From Candidatus Poribacteria bacterium (lineage in GTDB: Bacteria; Poribacteria; WGA-4E; WGA-3G), in the NCBI GenBank assembly GCA_965205025.1, contig CBDBFU010000033.1, positions 1 through 64,000 on the forward strand: a DNA stretch of 64,000 nucleotides, read 5' to 3'. The number at the start of each line of letters is the position of its first letter. Within the stretch, counting starts at the first letter, position 1. The position numbers and the translations under genes were made by a program. The notes under the pieces are model-generated. The model searched no databases. It was not told the DNA's origin and saw only the letters and a list, made by a program, of their open reading frames with translations. Shown piece after piece: positions 62,959 through 64,000 of this stretch.

Positions 62959-64000
62959 ATGATACCAATTCTTTACCTTAGCCATACTGGTACAAGTATA
63001 GGTGGGGGAGAAAAACAACTCTATTATCTTCTAACACATTTAGATCGAACAAAATATCAACCAATTGTAGTTTTTCCAGACGATGGGATATTTGCTGACC
63101 AAGTGAGGAAAGCAGATATCCCATCTTTTATTGTTCATCTACCCCATTGGCGTAGGGTTATCTCCCGTTTCTCTCGTAAGATTGCAACCACAAAGTTAAC
63201 TGAGCTTGCTAAGAAACACAACATACAAATCGTCCATACATCGGATTCATGGTTTAACCCTTATATTCTACAACTAAAAAATCGATTGAAAATTCCTGTC
63301 ATGACTCATATACGCAATTTACTGACAACCGATCAGGTATCCAAGTATTACTTTGATGAAATGGACTATATTATTTCTATATCAGAACAGAGTAAATCTC
63401 CTCTAATTGAATCCGGTATTTCCAGGGACAAGATTGAAGTCATTTTGAACTGTGTTGACCTTAATGAATTTACTCCCATTTATGAAAAAGATAAGAAATC
63501 AACAGATGATTTTACAATCGGAATTGTAGGAAGAATTGAGCCGTTTAAACAACAGAAGACATTCGTTGAAATTGCAAACGAAGTGAATAAACAGTGTGAA
63601 TCAGTTCAATTTCAAGTTATTGGGGATGTACTTGAAATTCCTAAACACCAGACGTATTTTAGAGAAGTACGAGATTTAGTAGCACAATTTGGTTTGGAGG
63701 ATGTGATTCATTTCACAGGACATAGGAACGATATACCGAAGGCTATGCAAGAAATTGATCTACTTGTCACCCTTTCTGCAGGAAGTGTAATTGCTGAAGC
63801 AATGGCATCTGGAAAACCTGTTGTTGCATTGTCGATCGGTAGTGCTTCTGATATGATTGTTAATGGTGTAACTGGATGGGTTGTACAGATCAATTCAATC
63901 CAACAGATGAGTAATAAAATCATTCAATTGATTACCAATTCAGATGAGTATGAAAAAATGAGTATTGCTGCAAGAAAACACGCTGAATCATATTTTGGTA
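62959..64000 (+). CDS. Glycosyltransferase family 4, 3'-partial (not in ORF track)
   Basis: MIPILYLSHTGTSIGGGEKQL..., GIVGRIEPFKQQ, FTGHRNDI, EAMASGKPVV; runs off the window end. Confidence 0.88.
   Translation, partial: MIPILYLSHTGTSIGGGEKQLYYLLTHLDRTKYQPIVVFPDDGIFADQVRKADIPSFIVHLPHWRRVISRFSRKIATTKLTELAKKHNIQIVHTSDSWFNPYILQLKNRLKIPVMTHIRNLLTTDQVSKYYFDEMDYIISISEQSKSPLIESGISRDKIEVILNCVDLNEFTPIYEKDKKSTDDFTIGIVGRIEPFKQQKTFVEIANEVNKQCESVQFQVIGDVLEIPKHQTYFREVRDLVAQFGLEDVIHFTGHRNDIPKAMQEIDLLVTLSAGSVIAEAMASGKPVVALSIGSASDMIVNGVTGWVVQINSIQQMSNKIIQLITNSDEYEKMSIAARKHAESYFG

Overview
AT-rich bacterial chromosomal window, most likely from Candidatus Poribacteria (inferred from a LamG protein ending in the typical VExxGKLTTTWGxIK tail, plus PhyH, Gfo/Idh/MocA, TPR and WD40 genes). 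Housekeeping and metabolic genes (iolE/iolG, larB, alaS, recX, coaD, gpmI, prs, a TonB receptor, a GT4 glycosyltransferase) are interleaved with accessory modules. These are: an R-M locus with one methyltransferase and two diverged BsaWI-like endonucleases; a GmrSD-type (DUF262-DUF1524) gene; three antitoxins without intact toxins; a tandem array of membrane-anchored WD40 genes; two tandem lipoproteins made of a repeated unknown domain plus an M61-like metallopeptidase, next to an L,D-transpeptidase and a thioester alpha-2-macroglobulin; a signal-peptide trypsin-like protease fused to a YvlD/phage-holin-4-like membrane domain; and a tandem duplication that made a chimeric gene from an STT3-like remnant. 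Intergenic DNA holds several MITE families whose terminal-repeat shells carry interchangeable REP hairpins, one nested inside another, and a twice-repeated ~165-bp att/leader-like element. Many genes, including essential alaS, are split by single-base insertions that look like assembly errors. No rRNA, tRNA, true CRISPR array or transposase was seen. Family assignments come from motif recognition by eye, not database searches.
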